The position numbers were made by a program, and so were the translations under genes. From NCBI GenBank assembly GCA_000004985.1, contig GG738845.1: a DNA stretch of 64,000 nucleotides. The stretch is one strand, 5' to 3'. This stretch comes from Naegleria gruberi. Its lineage: Eukaryota. Shown here in pieces: positions 55,197 through 64,000 of the stretch (position 1 is its first letter; every line of letters starts with the position of its first letter). Under the pieces are notes generated by a model that worked only from the letters and a program-made list of their open reading frames with translations, did no database searches and had not been told where the DNA came from.

Positions 55197-56723
55197 TTAT
55201 TGAATTTGTTGTTGGAAAGTCTCAACCTCATTAGAGACAAGTATCTTGATATCCTCAGTTTTAATATCCTCACTGAATTGATAATCAAAATTAGCTTGAC
55301 AAAAGTAAGTATTTTCAGAAGTGTTTGGATCGGTATTATATTCATCCTGATCGAACATTTCTTTCAGATAGGGATGTCTAAGAGCATCTCTAACTGTTAT
55401 TCTCTTTTCAGGATCCCATGTGAGCATTCTTTCAAGCAAATCAATTGCTAATTGATTCGTAACATGTGAAAAGATTTGACCGAAATTCTTCTTTTCATAT
55501 GTTTGCTTAAAGTGAGTCTTCATAAATTTAATTCCTTCACTGCAACCTCTAATTTCCTCATCCTTTGGAGTACCAACCAAACGTAAAATCAATTCCAATT
55601 GATCCTTAAAATCTTTGCCAGGAAACAAAATAGGTCTTCCATTTTTGTGAAGTGGTTTCACTAAGAGTTCCTATTAAAATGACTGTTATTAGAAAGAATA
55701 AAATTATACACATACAGCAAAAATACATCCAATTGACCACATATCCATAGCAGCATGCAATTTGTTCCAATACAAAATCTGATGCAACTATTTAGAAAAT
55801 ACATGTAGATCAGTACTTACAACTTCTGGACTTCTGTACCATCTTGTCACAACATATTTGGAATCTTCTGGATAATCTTGACCAATGGCTCTACTCAAAC
55901 CAAAATCACATATTTGTAAATCCAAATCTCTATTCAGCAGAATATTGCTTGGCTTTAAATCTCTGTGAATTATATTACTGCTATGCATGATATTAACTGC
56001 TTTTAAAATTTCATGAAGAAAGTATTGGATAGATTGTTCACTAAATGTCTGATTACTTGACAAGAGTTTTTCCAAATCAAAATCCATCAAATTGGTGACA
56101 ATATAAATACTTCCAGGTTGATAAGGATCAAAGAATAAATCCTTAAGTAATACAACATTATGGGCACTAAATTGTCTGAAATGTTTCAAAATTTTGATTT
56201 CTCTTAAAATTCTCTTTTGATAATTTCTATCTCTTTCATAGAGACTGGATACTTTTTTAATGGCAACTCTTTCATTATTCTTATTATCCAATGCACTCAC
56301 AACACAACCAAATCCACCAGCTCCTTTTACACCATCCATTGTATATCTCTTTGGTAATGAAAATGTGTTTCCATTTACAGAATATTGTACATATTCCGGA
56401 GAGGAAGTTTGTCTACTTGCTTGTTGACCAGTAAACATTTGATTATTATTCGGATATGATGAATTTCCTCCATTAAATAATTGTTGTTGTTGATTATAGT
56501 ATTGTTGCTGTTGTTGTTGATAGATATCATGTTGATGAGCCTGAATGAATGAAGCTTGATCGGAATATTGTTGTTGAGTATTGTAATTTGAACCATTGTA
56601 TTGCGGTTGTTGTTGTTGTTGATTTCCCATCACCATGTTCATATTGTTCAGTTGTTGGTGTTGGTAGGAATTATTGTTGTTGTGGTGTTGTGGAAGCATT
56701 TTTATTATTTTAATATTCTTCAT
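55197..56723 (-). CDS. CMGC/MAPK-like protein kinase with a polyQ/N-rich N-terminus and an atypical S-K-Y activation-loop motif. Three exons: 55821..56723, 55716..55787, 55197..55670.
   Basis: Kinase motifs are present: GAGGFGCVVSALD..VAIKKV, HRDLKPSNILL and DFGLSRA..EDSKYVVTRWYRSPEV, followed by a GTAAGT donor. A middle 72-nt exon encodes LHQILYWNKLHAAMDMWSIGCIFA and the last exon encodes ELLVKPLHKNGRPILFPGKD... The introns are 33 and 45 nt. The start may be the second ATG, at MLPQHH. Confidence 0.7.
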
Positions 56724-56915
56724 TCAGGAAATGAATCCGTGATGAGTATTTAGGGTGATGTTGAAGGCTTATTGTTGATGTTCACACAAATCAGAATGCT
56801 CACCAAGACCCTTATTTAAAATCTTCCGAACACATGATTCAAGTTGAGAAGTTCCCTTATGAGGAAATATTTTAAGGTTAAGAAGGTGTTTTATTGACTC
56901 ACTCCGAAACTTTGG

Positions 56916-58058
56916 TTAATTAACCAATAATTCAGATCGAATAGAGGATGTAATTTCTTCCCAATTTGAAGCAAAGTGTGGAGAGGGAATGAGAGTTGTT
57001 TGAACTTGTTGAATGCTGCTAGCGGCATTTTGAGGGAGCTTTGAGAGTGGAATGCCCAATCTTTTGAAGAGGGATAGTATAGTTGTTTCCTCATTATTTC
57101 TCGGATGATAAAGTATGCCATTAGTTTCTAGAATGCATCTCAAATCATTGACAGAGTCGCCAATGTATATTGTCTTACTGGTATCTCTACTGATGAAGAG
57201 ATGATGTCTGAGGGACATGAGTTTGTCCATTGAGGTGACACATTGCTTGGAAGAAAATTTTCCAGTTGAAATTCCATTCTCGTTAAATTGTAAATCATTC
57301 GTGTAAATGTAAATGTTTGGAAATGAGCTATTCTCTACACTCCACTGAGTAGGAATGGTTGGAATTACTTCAGGGTTGGTAAGAGTTTCATTAATTCTAT
57401 CTACTGAAAATATATTCAAATGAGTATTTACATGTTTTTGAACATTTTGTTTGATAAATGATTGAATGACATCAAAAGACCAATTACTGGATATAATACA
57501 AAGCTCAATATTTTTCTTCTTTCCAAACTCATAAAGTAATTCGAATAATGACTCACATTGAGGAGCAAGCTCAGTGTGAAATTTTTTTGGCAACTCTTCG
57601 AGATCTTTCTTAGAAAGACCCTCCAATAGATTATTTTGCTCTACTGAATTTACTCCAAATAACTCTACATGATCCATTTCATTCAAGAAATCAGATATAT
57701 TTGACATGGATATATTTCCTTCATATTTTGACAGAATAGTCTCGTATTTCTTTAAAAAGTCGTTTGAAACCATTTCCCAAGCTTGATTCTTTTCTGGATT
57801 TTTTAAAAGTTGTGGAATTAATGTGCAAGTATCAGATTTAGTTATGGTAGAATCAAAATCAACAAATAATCTCAAATTGCTTCTGCTCTTCCTTCCATTA
57901 TTCATTTCGGAATATGAATTATATTTCTTGATTGCATGAAATTTTCTGCACAAATTTTGACCAACTCTGTCTAATGATAACATTTGAGAAGAAGGTCTTT
58001 GCAACAGATGATCAAAGATTATTCTTTTCATGATGAAGGAGTCAAGGTGTGGAGGCAA
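56916..58058 (-). CDS. HAD-superfamily hydrolase/phosphatase
   Basis: Motif I is FVDFDSTITKSDT (DxDxT). The C-terminal IYIGDSVNDL matches the GDxxND motif. Single ORF of 380 aa. Confidence 0.55.
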   Translation of the reverse strand: MPPHLDSFIMKRIIFDHLLQRPSSQMLSLDRVGQNLCRKFHAIKKYNSYSEMNNGRKSRSNLRLFVDFDSTITKSDTCTLIPQLLKNPEKNQAWEMVSNDFLKKYETILSKYEGNISMSNISDFLNEMDHVELFGVNSVEQNNLLEGLSKKDLEELPKKFHTELAPQCESLFELLYEFGKKKNIELCIISSNWSFDVIQSFIKQNVQKHVNTHLNIFSVDRINETLTNPEVIPTIPTQWSVENSSFPNIYIYTNDLQFNENGISTGKFSSKQCVTSMDKLMSLRHHLFISRDTSKTIYIGDSVNDLRCILETNGILYHPRNNEETTILSLFKRLGIPLSKLPQNAASSIQQVQTTLIPSPHFASNWEEITSSIRSELLVN

Positions 58059-58356
58059 TTTTTTGGATATGTTTTCTTCTCTAGAATTTCCGAGAATGGT
58101 CCGTAAGAAGTAAGGATTTTATTTTCCGCACTTTGGAAAATCTCCAATTATTCGTTTGAAGCTTAAATTGAACGTTCTTGTAAGAAATTGTTGAATTTTC
58201 AATAGAATTAGTAAGGAAGTGACAAGTATTCAACGTTAAACAAGGTTCGAATTAAGGTCGATTGGTTTTGGTTGACCAATTCCAACAGACAAATTATGAT
58301 CGATAAAAATTATCATTTTTGAACAGGAAAATTGTTGTGAAATAATTATTGATAAT

Positions 58357-59358
58357 TTATTTCTTACGTCTAAGATTAGCAACGAAACCTTGCTTAACAG
58401 CTTGCACAGTTCTTGAAGCTTGGCAGTTAGAACAGTGAATAGAATAGAGACGAGTTGTGGAATCACGGTTGAGTCTAGTGTCCAAACTATTACAAATCTT
58501 ACAAACAACATATTCGGTAATGTACTTTCTCAACAAGTTTTCAATATCCTTACTCTTGAATGCACCACGAATAACAAGTCTGTTGCTACCATCCAAGTTA
58601 CCAGTTGTACCCAATTCGGCGAACAAGTAGTCCAAGACGTGTTGTTCAGCACGATGTAAGTTGGCACAAATTTCAGTAAAGTTGATAAGAACAGTCTTCT
58701 TTGGACCGTCTCTGGCAACTTGTGGAGTTTTAACCTTGATTGGCTTTCTCTTACCACCACCCAATTCTGGGTTGTTCTTCTTGAGTGTATCGAAAATACG
58801 TTCTAAAAGTTCTGGGTACTTGTAGTCACGATCAGACTTGTTCCAAGCGAGTGGACCATGGTCTTCATCCTTGGCCAAAAGTGAAGCCAAATCTCTTCCA
58901 GAATTTTCCATATCACCTTCACCTTCCTTATCTTCACTCCAGTAGGATCCTCCAGTGCTTTGGGATTGTTGTTTCTTGCTGAGAATTTGAGCAACTTCGG
59001 TACTCTTCTTTGTCTTTAACAAATCAATAATTTCTGATACTTGTTCATCATCTTCAACATTAATATCAATGTCTTGAGAGTTATCAGTTGGAAGAACCTT
59101 TTCCAAAGCTTCCTTGAAAAGTTTGGCCTATTTTAAAATATTAATTTAATAAATTGATGATGATTAAAAACTTACAGCATCCTTGAGAATGACTTGCAAT
59201 TCTTCGGAGTCTACCTTATCTTCAGAGGATTTCTTCTTCTTTTCGGTTTTTTCAGTCTTTTCTGTCTTTTCAGTCTTTTCAGCTTTTTCTGATGACTTTT
59301 TTGTGGTCTTCTTCTTCTTCAAGTCGAGACCGAGGGCCTTTTCGTCTACAACGCTCAT
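58357..59358 (-). CDS. Translation initiation factor eIF2 beta. Two exons, 59176..59358 and 58357..59127, with a 48-nt intron.
   Basis: The C-terminal C2-C2 zinc ribbon is CKICNSLDTRL..YSIHCSNCQASRTVQ. The core eIF2B/eIF5-binding segment is YKYPELLERIFDTLKKNNPEL. Exon 1 is MSVVDEKALGLDLKKKKTTKKSSEKAEKTEKTEKTEKTEKKKKSSEDKVDSEELQVILKDA with a GTAAGT donor. The acceptor TTTAAAATAG joins it to AKLFKEALEKVLPTD... Confidence 0.85.
59240..59290 (-). repeat. Tandem 9-bp coding repeat (TTTTCWGYC on the plus strand) encoding (EKT)n inside eIF2 beta exon 1
   Basis: Seen as ttttcagtc ttttctgtc ttttcagtc ttttcagct at about 59248-59285. Confidence 0.7.
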
Positions 59359-59750
59359 TTTTTTATTCAATTTTATTTTAAAATTTTAAAATGTTTTTGT
59401 TTTTTAATATTCTTACAGGTGTAAAACGAGAAATGTACCTCTATTTTTATAATTGTGTTATCATTAAATTCAATGTGAAAGTGTATCATATTTTGAGATT
59501 TTCAATATTTGTGTTTCATTTTCTTAGTGTATTTTTAATAGCTCTTGTTTTTTAAAAATTGTTTTGCACTGTAATTTGGAACAGTAATTGTGAATTGAGT
59601 CAATGGGTCTTTTCAAATCTAAAGTAAATTGTACGATTCCTATGAATGTACCAAGTTACACTTGTGGAACTTACCAAACACGCAAAATACAAACGGCTGA
59701 TATTACATTAGAAACGATTTCTGAGGTTTCGAAGAAACTAAGTAAAAAAT

Positions 59751-61124
59751 ATGTCCTTCGCCAAAGGCTGTCTTACATACATTCTGGTCTCGTTACTCAT
59801 ACTATCGCTTCTATTGAACTTTTTTCTCACTATAAAGCATTCAAGAAAGGAGACGAAACGAGCCGAATCCAAACCATCATTTATTGATAAATCGGAAAAT
59901 GAAACACTTCCACCTTCTTCACGTGAAGAAGAATTAATCGACCATTCTGATAAGCTATCATCATCATCGGCACTACTTATTAATAATACAAATAATACAA
60001 CAACCAATAGAACAACAAAGTGTCCCACTCGCTTCGGAAACTTTATGAAACCTGAAGTATTTGAACAAGAGAAGAAGAGAAAGAGGCTACCACCCAATGA
60101 ATCACCCATCGTAACACTACCAACCTTTATTCCGATGGAAGTTAAGAAGGATAAAAAGAGGTATGCCATTCTGAATGAATATTGGATACCTAAGGATGAA
60201 GAGTTTGATTTGATTGTATTAATGCCAACTATGGCTCGTAAAGATAATGGAACTGATACACTACTCACCTATTTGAATAGTACAATTTATGGATATTATC
60301 ATCAGTTGAGGGTTGAGCCAGATCCCATCATTCAGGGAAAGAAAATTCTATTCATTATTCAAGCATTTGTCAATGAGATGGAACATGAATTATTTTATGA
60401 ACTTAGGGAACAGTATAGTCATGTGAAGGAGTTTGTGTTTTTTGTTCCACCTTTCAGATTTACTGATCCATATAGAGATGTTCCAAAAGTTAACTATAGA
60501 GATCCAAATAATCCATATCCTGGAAAGATGGCTCGACAACAAACGTGTGATATTGCCTTTCTGACAGATTTCATTTTGAGAAATTTCAAATTCAAATATT
60601 TAATGTATACAGAGGATGATTTTGTTCCATGCAATAACCTTTTAAAAACCACATTCGAAACTTTAAATGATATTGAATGGTTCTATTCTGAAGAGAATGC
60701 GGATAGACAAGAGTTTGATAAGGGATTCTGTTCATTGAAATTGGCAACAGGATTGGGAGGATTAATTCTCAGCCCAGTTTCTGCTGAAATTTTTCTGAAA
60801 CACATTAAGGATAACATTCAATTAGAACCAATTGACATTCTCGTTATATTTGTACTTTATAGCAGAGAAATGACATCATCATATGATACCTGTGTGAGAA
60901 GGGGTCTCAGCTCCTATGTCTATCGTAAAAGTCAATTGGAACACATTGGAGGAATTAGTAATTGGGTCGAGAGAAATAATCATTCCAAGTTTGGTAATCG
61001 TTTATACTCTTGTGGATGGGGTTTGGAAGGAGGTGTCTTATGGGATGTTGGACATGCCAATAAGTTTAACCCAACTCACAGAAAATGTCCAAGGAATAAT
61101 CGAAAGCTAGTACCATGTGTTTAG
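59751..61124 (+). CDS. Type II membrane protein with an N-terminal signal anchor. The lumenal domain may be glycosyltransferase-like.
   Basis: MSFAKGCLTYILVSLLILSLLLNFFL is a signal anchor. The acidic YTEDDF could be a DxD-type motif, but no family was confidently recognised. Confidence 0.4.
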   Translation: MSFAKGCLTYILVSLLILSLLLNFFLTIKHSRKETKRAESKPSFIDKSENETLPPSSREEELIDHSDKLSSSSALLINNTNNTTTNRTTKCPTRFGNFMKPEVFEQEKKRKRLPPNESPIVTLPTFIPMEVKKDKKRYAILNEYWIPKDEEFDLIVLMPTMARKDNGTDTLLTYLNSTIYGYYHQLRVEPDPIIQGKKILFIIQAFVNEMEHELFYELREQYSHVKEFVFFVPPFRFTDPYRDVPKVNYRDPNNPYPGKMARQQTCDIAFLTDFILRNFKFKYLMYTEDDFVPCNNLLKTTFETLNDIEWFYSEENADRQEFDKGFCSLKLATGLGGLILSPVSAEIFLKHIKDNIQLEPIDILVIFVLYSREMTSSYDTCVRRGLSSYVYRKSQLEHIGGISNWVERNNHSKFGNRLYSCGWGLEGGVLWDVGHANKFNPTHRKCPRNNRKLVPCV

Positions 61125-61258
61125 TTAGAGCTGTTCTCAAATCTTTAAGAAATCTTAATAAAACACAAACGAACAAAACACGAACATTGTACCAATTTCA
61201 ACAATATTTAATGCATTTCATTGTGAACTCATATTAGATCAAGCAAGTTGTAAAAAAA

Positions 61259-62518
61259 ATGGGTAATTCATCTTCGGGTGGAGGAGGTTCCTCTTCAACA
61301 ACCACAACCAATCCATCTGCAAGTCAAGTTGCTGATTTAAAGATACAATCAACAGAGTATGATTTTGCATCTAAATTGTTCAAGAGCTTGATTGGAGTGG
61401 CTGGACATGGTAATAATTTGATAATTTCTCCTCTATCAATTTTTGTTGCATTATCGATGGTTATGTGTGGCGCCAATGGTAAAACTCTTCTTGAGATGAG
61501 TAATGCACTTTCATATGGAGATTCTGATTTCTCTCAAGTGAAAGATAATCAATTGAAGCAGTTTATTGATGGAATTGTGGAACATTTATCTTATTCTGAG
61601 AATACATTATCATTGGCCAATAATATTTATATTTCCAATAGTATTGAATTACAAGATGCTTTTAAAAACACAATGAAGGAAATATTCAAAGCAGATTTGA
61701 AGCAGACAGATTTCACTCATTCAACTAAAGCTGCTAATGAAATTAATGAATGGGTTTCTGAAAAGACGGCTGAAAAAATTAAGGATCTCATTAATCCATC
61801 ATCCATTAATGCAAGTACGAAATTAATTTTGGTGAATGCCATAACTTTCTTTGGATCCTGGAAAAATACATTCGATATCAAACAAACAGATGAAGATGGA
61901 GAATTTTACACAGTGAATGGAGTGGTTAAGAGTGTGCCACTCATGAAAAAACGATTTGTAAAATTGCCATACGGAGAAGATGATTCTTACAAATGGGTCA
62001 CATTAGAATATTCAGAATATAATTTTGCAATGAAATTGTTTCTTCCCAAGACACCAAACACAAAAGTTTCTGATAAGGTAGAATCAAAATTTGATGAGTG
62101 GATTACTAAGAAACTATCTCAAAGATCGAATCTATCCAAATTTCCAACGAGTGAGAAAAAACTCGAATCGTTCATTCTTCCAAGATTTGAGGCTGAATAT
62201 TCATCCTCACTAAATGAAATTCTTCAAAAGGCTCCCTTTTCGATGACATCTGCATTCTCAGCAGGTGCTGATTTCAGTCAAATGGACAAGAATAATTCTG
62301 TAATGATTGATAAGGTTTTTCACAAAGCTGTCATTAAGGTTAATGAGGAAGGTACAGAGGCTGCAGCTGCCACTTATGTGAGTATGAGAGCGAAATCTAA
62401 AAAGGTAAAGAAAGAGGTTGTTTATTCATTTAAAGCTGACCAACCTTTCTTTTATATGATTACATATAAGGATCACATCTTATTCCTTGGCAAGACTAAT
62501 AATCCTAATAAAAAATAG
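61259..62518 (+). CDS. Serpin (serine protease inhibitor) with an N-terminal MGNSSSG motif
   Basis: The hinge is NEEGTEAAAATYV. The Lys-rich reactive-centre region is SMRAKSKKVKKE, and the C-terminal serpin signature is FKADQPFFYMI. The N-terminal MGNSSSGGGGSSS fits the N-myristoylation pattern MGxxxS. Confidence 0.85.
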   Translation: MGNSSSGGGGSSSTTTTNPSASQVADLKIQSTEYDFASKLFKSLIGVAGHGNNLIISPLSIFVALSMVMCGANGKTLLEMSNALSYGDSDFSQVKDNQLKQFIDGIVEHLSYSENTLSLANNIYISNSIELQDAFKNTMKEIFKADLKQTDFTHSTKAANEINEWVSEKTAEKIKDLINPSSINASTKLILVNAITFFGSWKNTFDIKQTDEDGEFYTVNGVVKSVPLMKKRFVKLPYGEDDSYKWVTLEYSEYNFAMKLFLPKTPNTKVSDKVESKFDEWITKKLSQRSNLSKFPTSEKKLESFILPRFEAEYSSSLNEILQKAPFSMTSAFSAGADFSQMDKNNSVMIDKVFHKAVIKVNEEGTEAAAATYVSMRAKSKKVKKEVVYSFKADQPFFYMITYKDHILFLGKTNNPNKK

Positions 62519-62543
62519 AAAAATATTTCAGATAAAGAGAATT

Positions 62544-63659
62544 TTAATATCTATAATCCCCTCCATGTGAATCTTGTCTCGAATGATGATGGTGATTGTC
62601 GTATGATCCTCGTTGATGATGATTATCTCTATAGTAGCTTCCACCTCTATCACGATCGCCACCAGATTTATAATAGCTTCCACCTCTCCTATCTGAATAT
62701 GAAGATGATCCACTCTGATAGCTGTTGTGTCTGTAATCTCTTTGAGTGTTAACGTTGGTTGATCCACTTTCTGATGAGGAACTGGATATATTTTCAGGTT
62801 TTTTAAAACTCTCAGGATCCTTTTCATACATTTCCAACTTATTTGTGAGATATTTGAAAGCGTCATTAAACTTTTTTTCCTCTTGTGGAGCAAGTCTAGC
62901 CACATGTTTAGCAATTGACTTTTTCGATCGGTTGACTTTAATTTCCTTATCTAGTAATTTAGCTCCTGATAACAAAATAGCCTTGTTGGCAGCTTCAATC
63001 TCTAAAAATTCAATAAATGCAAATCTACATGGATGTTTATCATCTCCAGCCAATCTTATGCAAGCAACTGGTCCACACGAACTGAAAAAATCCACAAGAT
63101 CATTATGATTAGCTCTCAAATTAATATTTCCAACATAGATCGTCCTCGCAATTTCTTTATCCTTTTCAACATCACCAGTACTATATACAAGATTATTATC
63201 TACATTTGGATCACCAATTTGTTGAATGAATGGATTTAAAGCCTTTGAAGATGATTCTTGGGATGCTCCAATCAAAATTTCAGCTGCCGTATTTCCACTC
63301 GACAATTGAAATGATGAAGATGATGAAGATTGTGCAGAATTATCATTCAATCCCGTTATTTGTAATTTAAATCCTAACATTGGTGTTCCATTTAATTTTA
63401 TAGCTTTTTGAGCAGAACTCTCCTCCATAAAAATTATTTTAAATTTTGTATCTGATGAAGAACTATTCGGAAATTATTATTACAAACATATTTTAAAAAA
63501 CATTAGAAATTAAAAATCACCACCATAAAATACATACTTTAATTGTTCCATCATTTCAATTTCTCCACAATAATTAAAAAATGTTTGTAGAGTACTTTCG
63601 GAAATGGTTGGGGCAATATTAGAGACGAGAACAGTTCTCTCTGATGTATGGCTTGACAT
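62544..63659 (-). CDS. SR-like RNA-binding protein with two RRMs and a C-terminal R/S/D/Y/G-rich tail. Two exons, 63538..63659 and 62544..63462, with a 75-nt GTATGT..AATAG intron.
   Basis: Exon 1 is MSSHTSERTVLVSNIAPTISESTLQTFFNYCGEIEMMEQLK, an RNP2-like start. Exon 2 continues ..AIKLNGTPMLGFKL.., ..TIYVGNINLRANHNDLVDFFSSCGPVACIRLAGD..CRFAFIEF (RRM2) and the tail ..DRRGGSYYKSGGDRDRGGSYYRDNHHQRG.. Confidence 0.7.
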
Positions 63660-64000
63660 TTTTTTTTTGTAAATTTAAAATTTTCAAAATTTGATCCTCC
63701 ACATTGTTGGCTGTATTGATTCTCCTCTTGCCACAAGAAGATGCCAAACTACCTGGAACGGGTTAAGGAACACATCATACATAAGTTGGATTGAATTAAA
63801 ATTTCATTTAAATTCTGAAATGCAACATTGTTTAAAAATAACCTTATTGTAAAAAACTGTTGAAATCTATTCTTAATTTCTCAATGCTATTATTTTTAGA
63901 TGGCTAACACCATACAAAGTAATCAGTAACATTGAAAATTACATCTATTCTAATAGAAATTTAAAATAAATACTTGCCTCCGTAACAACAACATTTTCAA

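Noticed and set aside
59756-59766. TTCGCCAAAGG, which resembles the E2F-like promoter motif.
   Set aside because: It lies inside coding sequence, at codons 2-5 (MSFAKG) of the membrane-protein gene. It also lacks the CCCGCC core. Probably coincidental.
1-64000. Tetrahymena- or Paramecium-type genetic code, suspected because of AT richness and flagellar genes.
   Set aside because: Well-defined proteins end at TAA or TAG. Calmodulin ends ..MMQK-TAA, and spermidine synthase and GAS8 end at clean stops. ORF boundaries are sensible under the standard code.
1-64000. Dictyostelid origin, suggested by the calmodulin N-extension, N-rich proteins, short AT-rich introns and GlcNAc-phosphotransferase.
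   Set aside because: GAS8/DRC4, CEP19, an RIIa/EF-hand protein and a CCRK-like kinase argue for an organism that builds flagella. The calmodulin extension matches the flagellar CaM-1 type rather than the Dictyostelium sequence, which reads MASQESLTEEQ.
1-64000. A search for CRISPR arrays, rRNA genes, transposons and retroelements.
   Set aside because: No direct-repeat/spacer arrays were found. There are no rRNA-like conserved blocks, no LTRs, and no ORFs with RT, RNase H, integrase or DDE transposase motifs.

Overview
This window is AT-rich (about one third GC), gene-dense nuclear DNA from a eukaryote, not a prokaryotic island. About 39 protein-coding genes sit on both strands. Intergenic gaps are very short, from 4 to about 1000 bp. 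There are two bidirectional promoters. Several genes carry short GT..AG introns of 33-147 nt, with donors GTAAGT, GTATGT or GTGAGT and acceptors TAG or CAG. The genetic code is standard, with TAA or TAG stops. Many proteins have N-, Q- or T-rich low-complexity tracts.

The gene content points to an amoeboflagellate. One gene encodes a 155-aa calmodulin with the N-terminal extension [15 protein letters not shown]. From memory this equals the flagellar calmodulin CaM-1 of Naegleria gruberi; I could not check it. It sits beside cilium and basal-body genes: GAS8/DRC4, CEP19, a CDK20/CCRK-like kinase and an RIIa/EF-hand protein. A mitochondrial IF3 and SDHAF2 are also present. I could not run any similarity search, so every homology call rests on motifs I recognise.

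No rRNA, tRNA, CRISPR array or mobile element could be supported. Splice coordinates that are not anchored on the ORF track came from hand counting and may be off by a few nt.

The main finding is a recurrent E2F-type motif, TTTCCCGCCAAA (consensus TTTSSCGC). It lies 30-50 bp upstream of four start codons. A perfect palindromic version, TTTGGCGCCAAA, sits in the divergent promoter shared by the calmodulin and CCRK-like genes. This suggests an E2F/DP-like regulatory module controlling flagellar and basal-body genes.

Other points worth a second look are listed below:
- A calpain-like protein whose catalytic Cys is replaced by Ala, fused to about 1000 aa of T/N/V-rich repeats with repeated SP/TP motifs.
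- A roughly 510-aa XRN-family nuclease that contains only the catalytic core.
- A PGS1-like gene that retains only the second HKD motif.
- A GlcNAc-1-phosphotransferase (GNPTAB) homolog with an internal duplication.
- An apparently myristoylatable serpin with a Lys-rich reactive loop.
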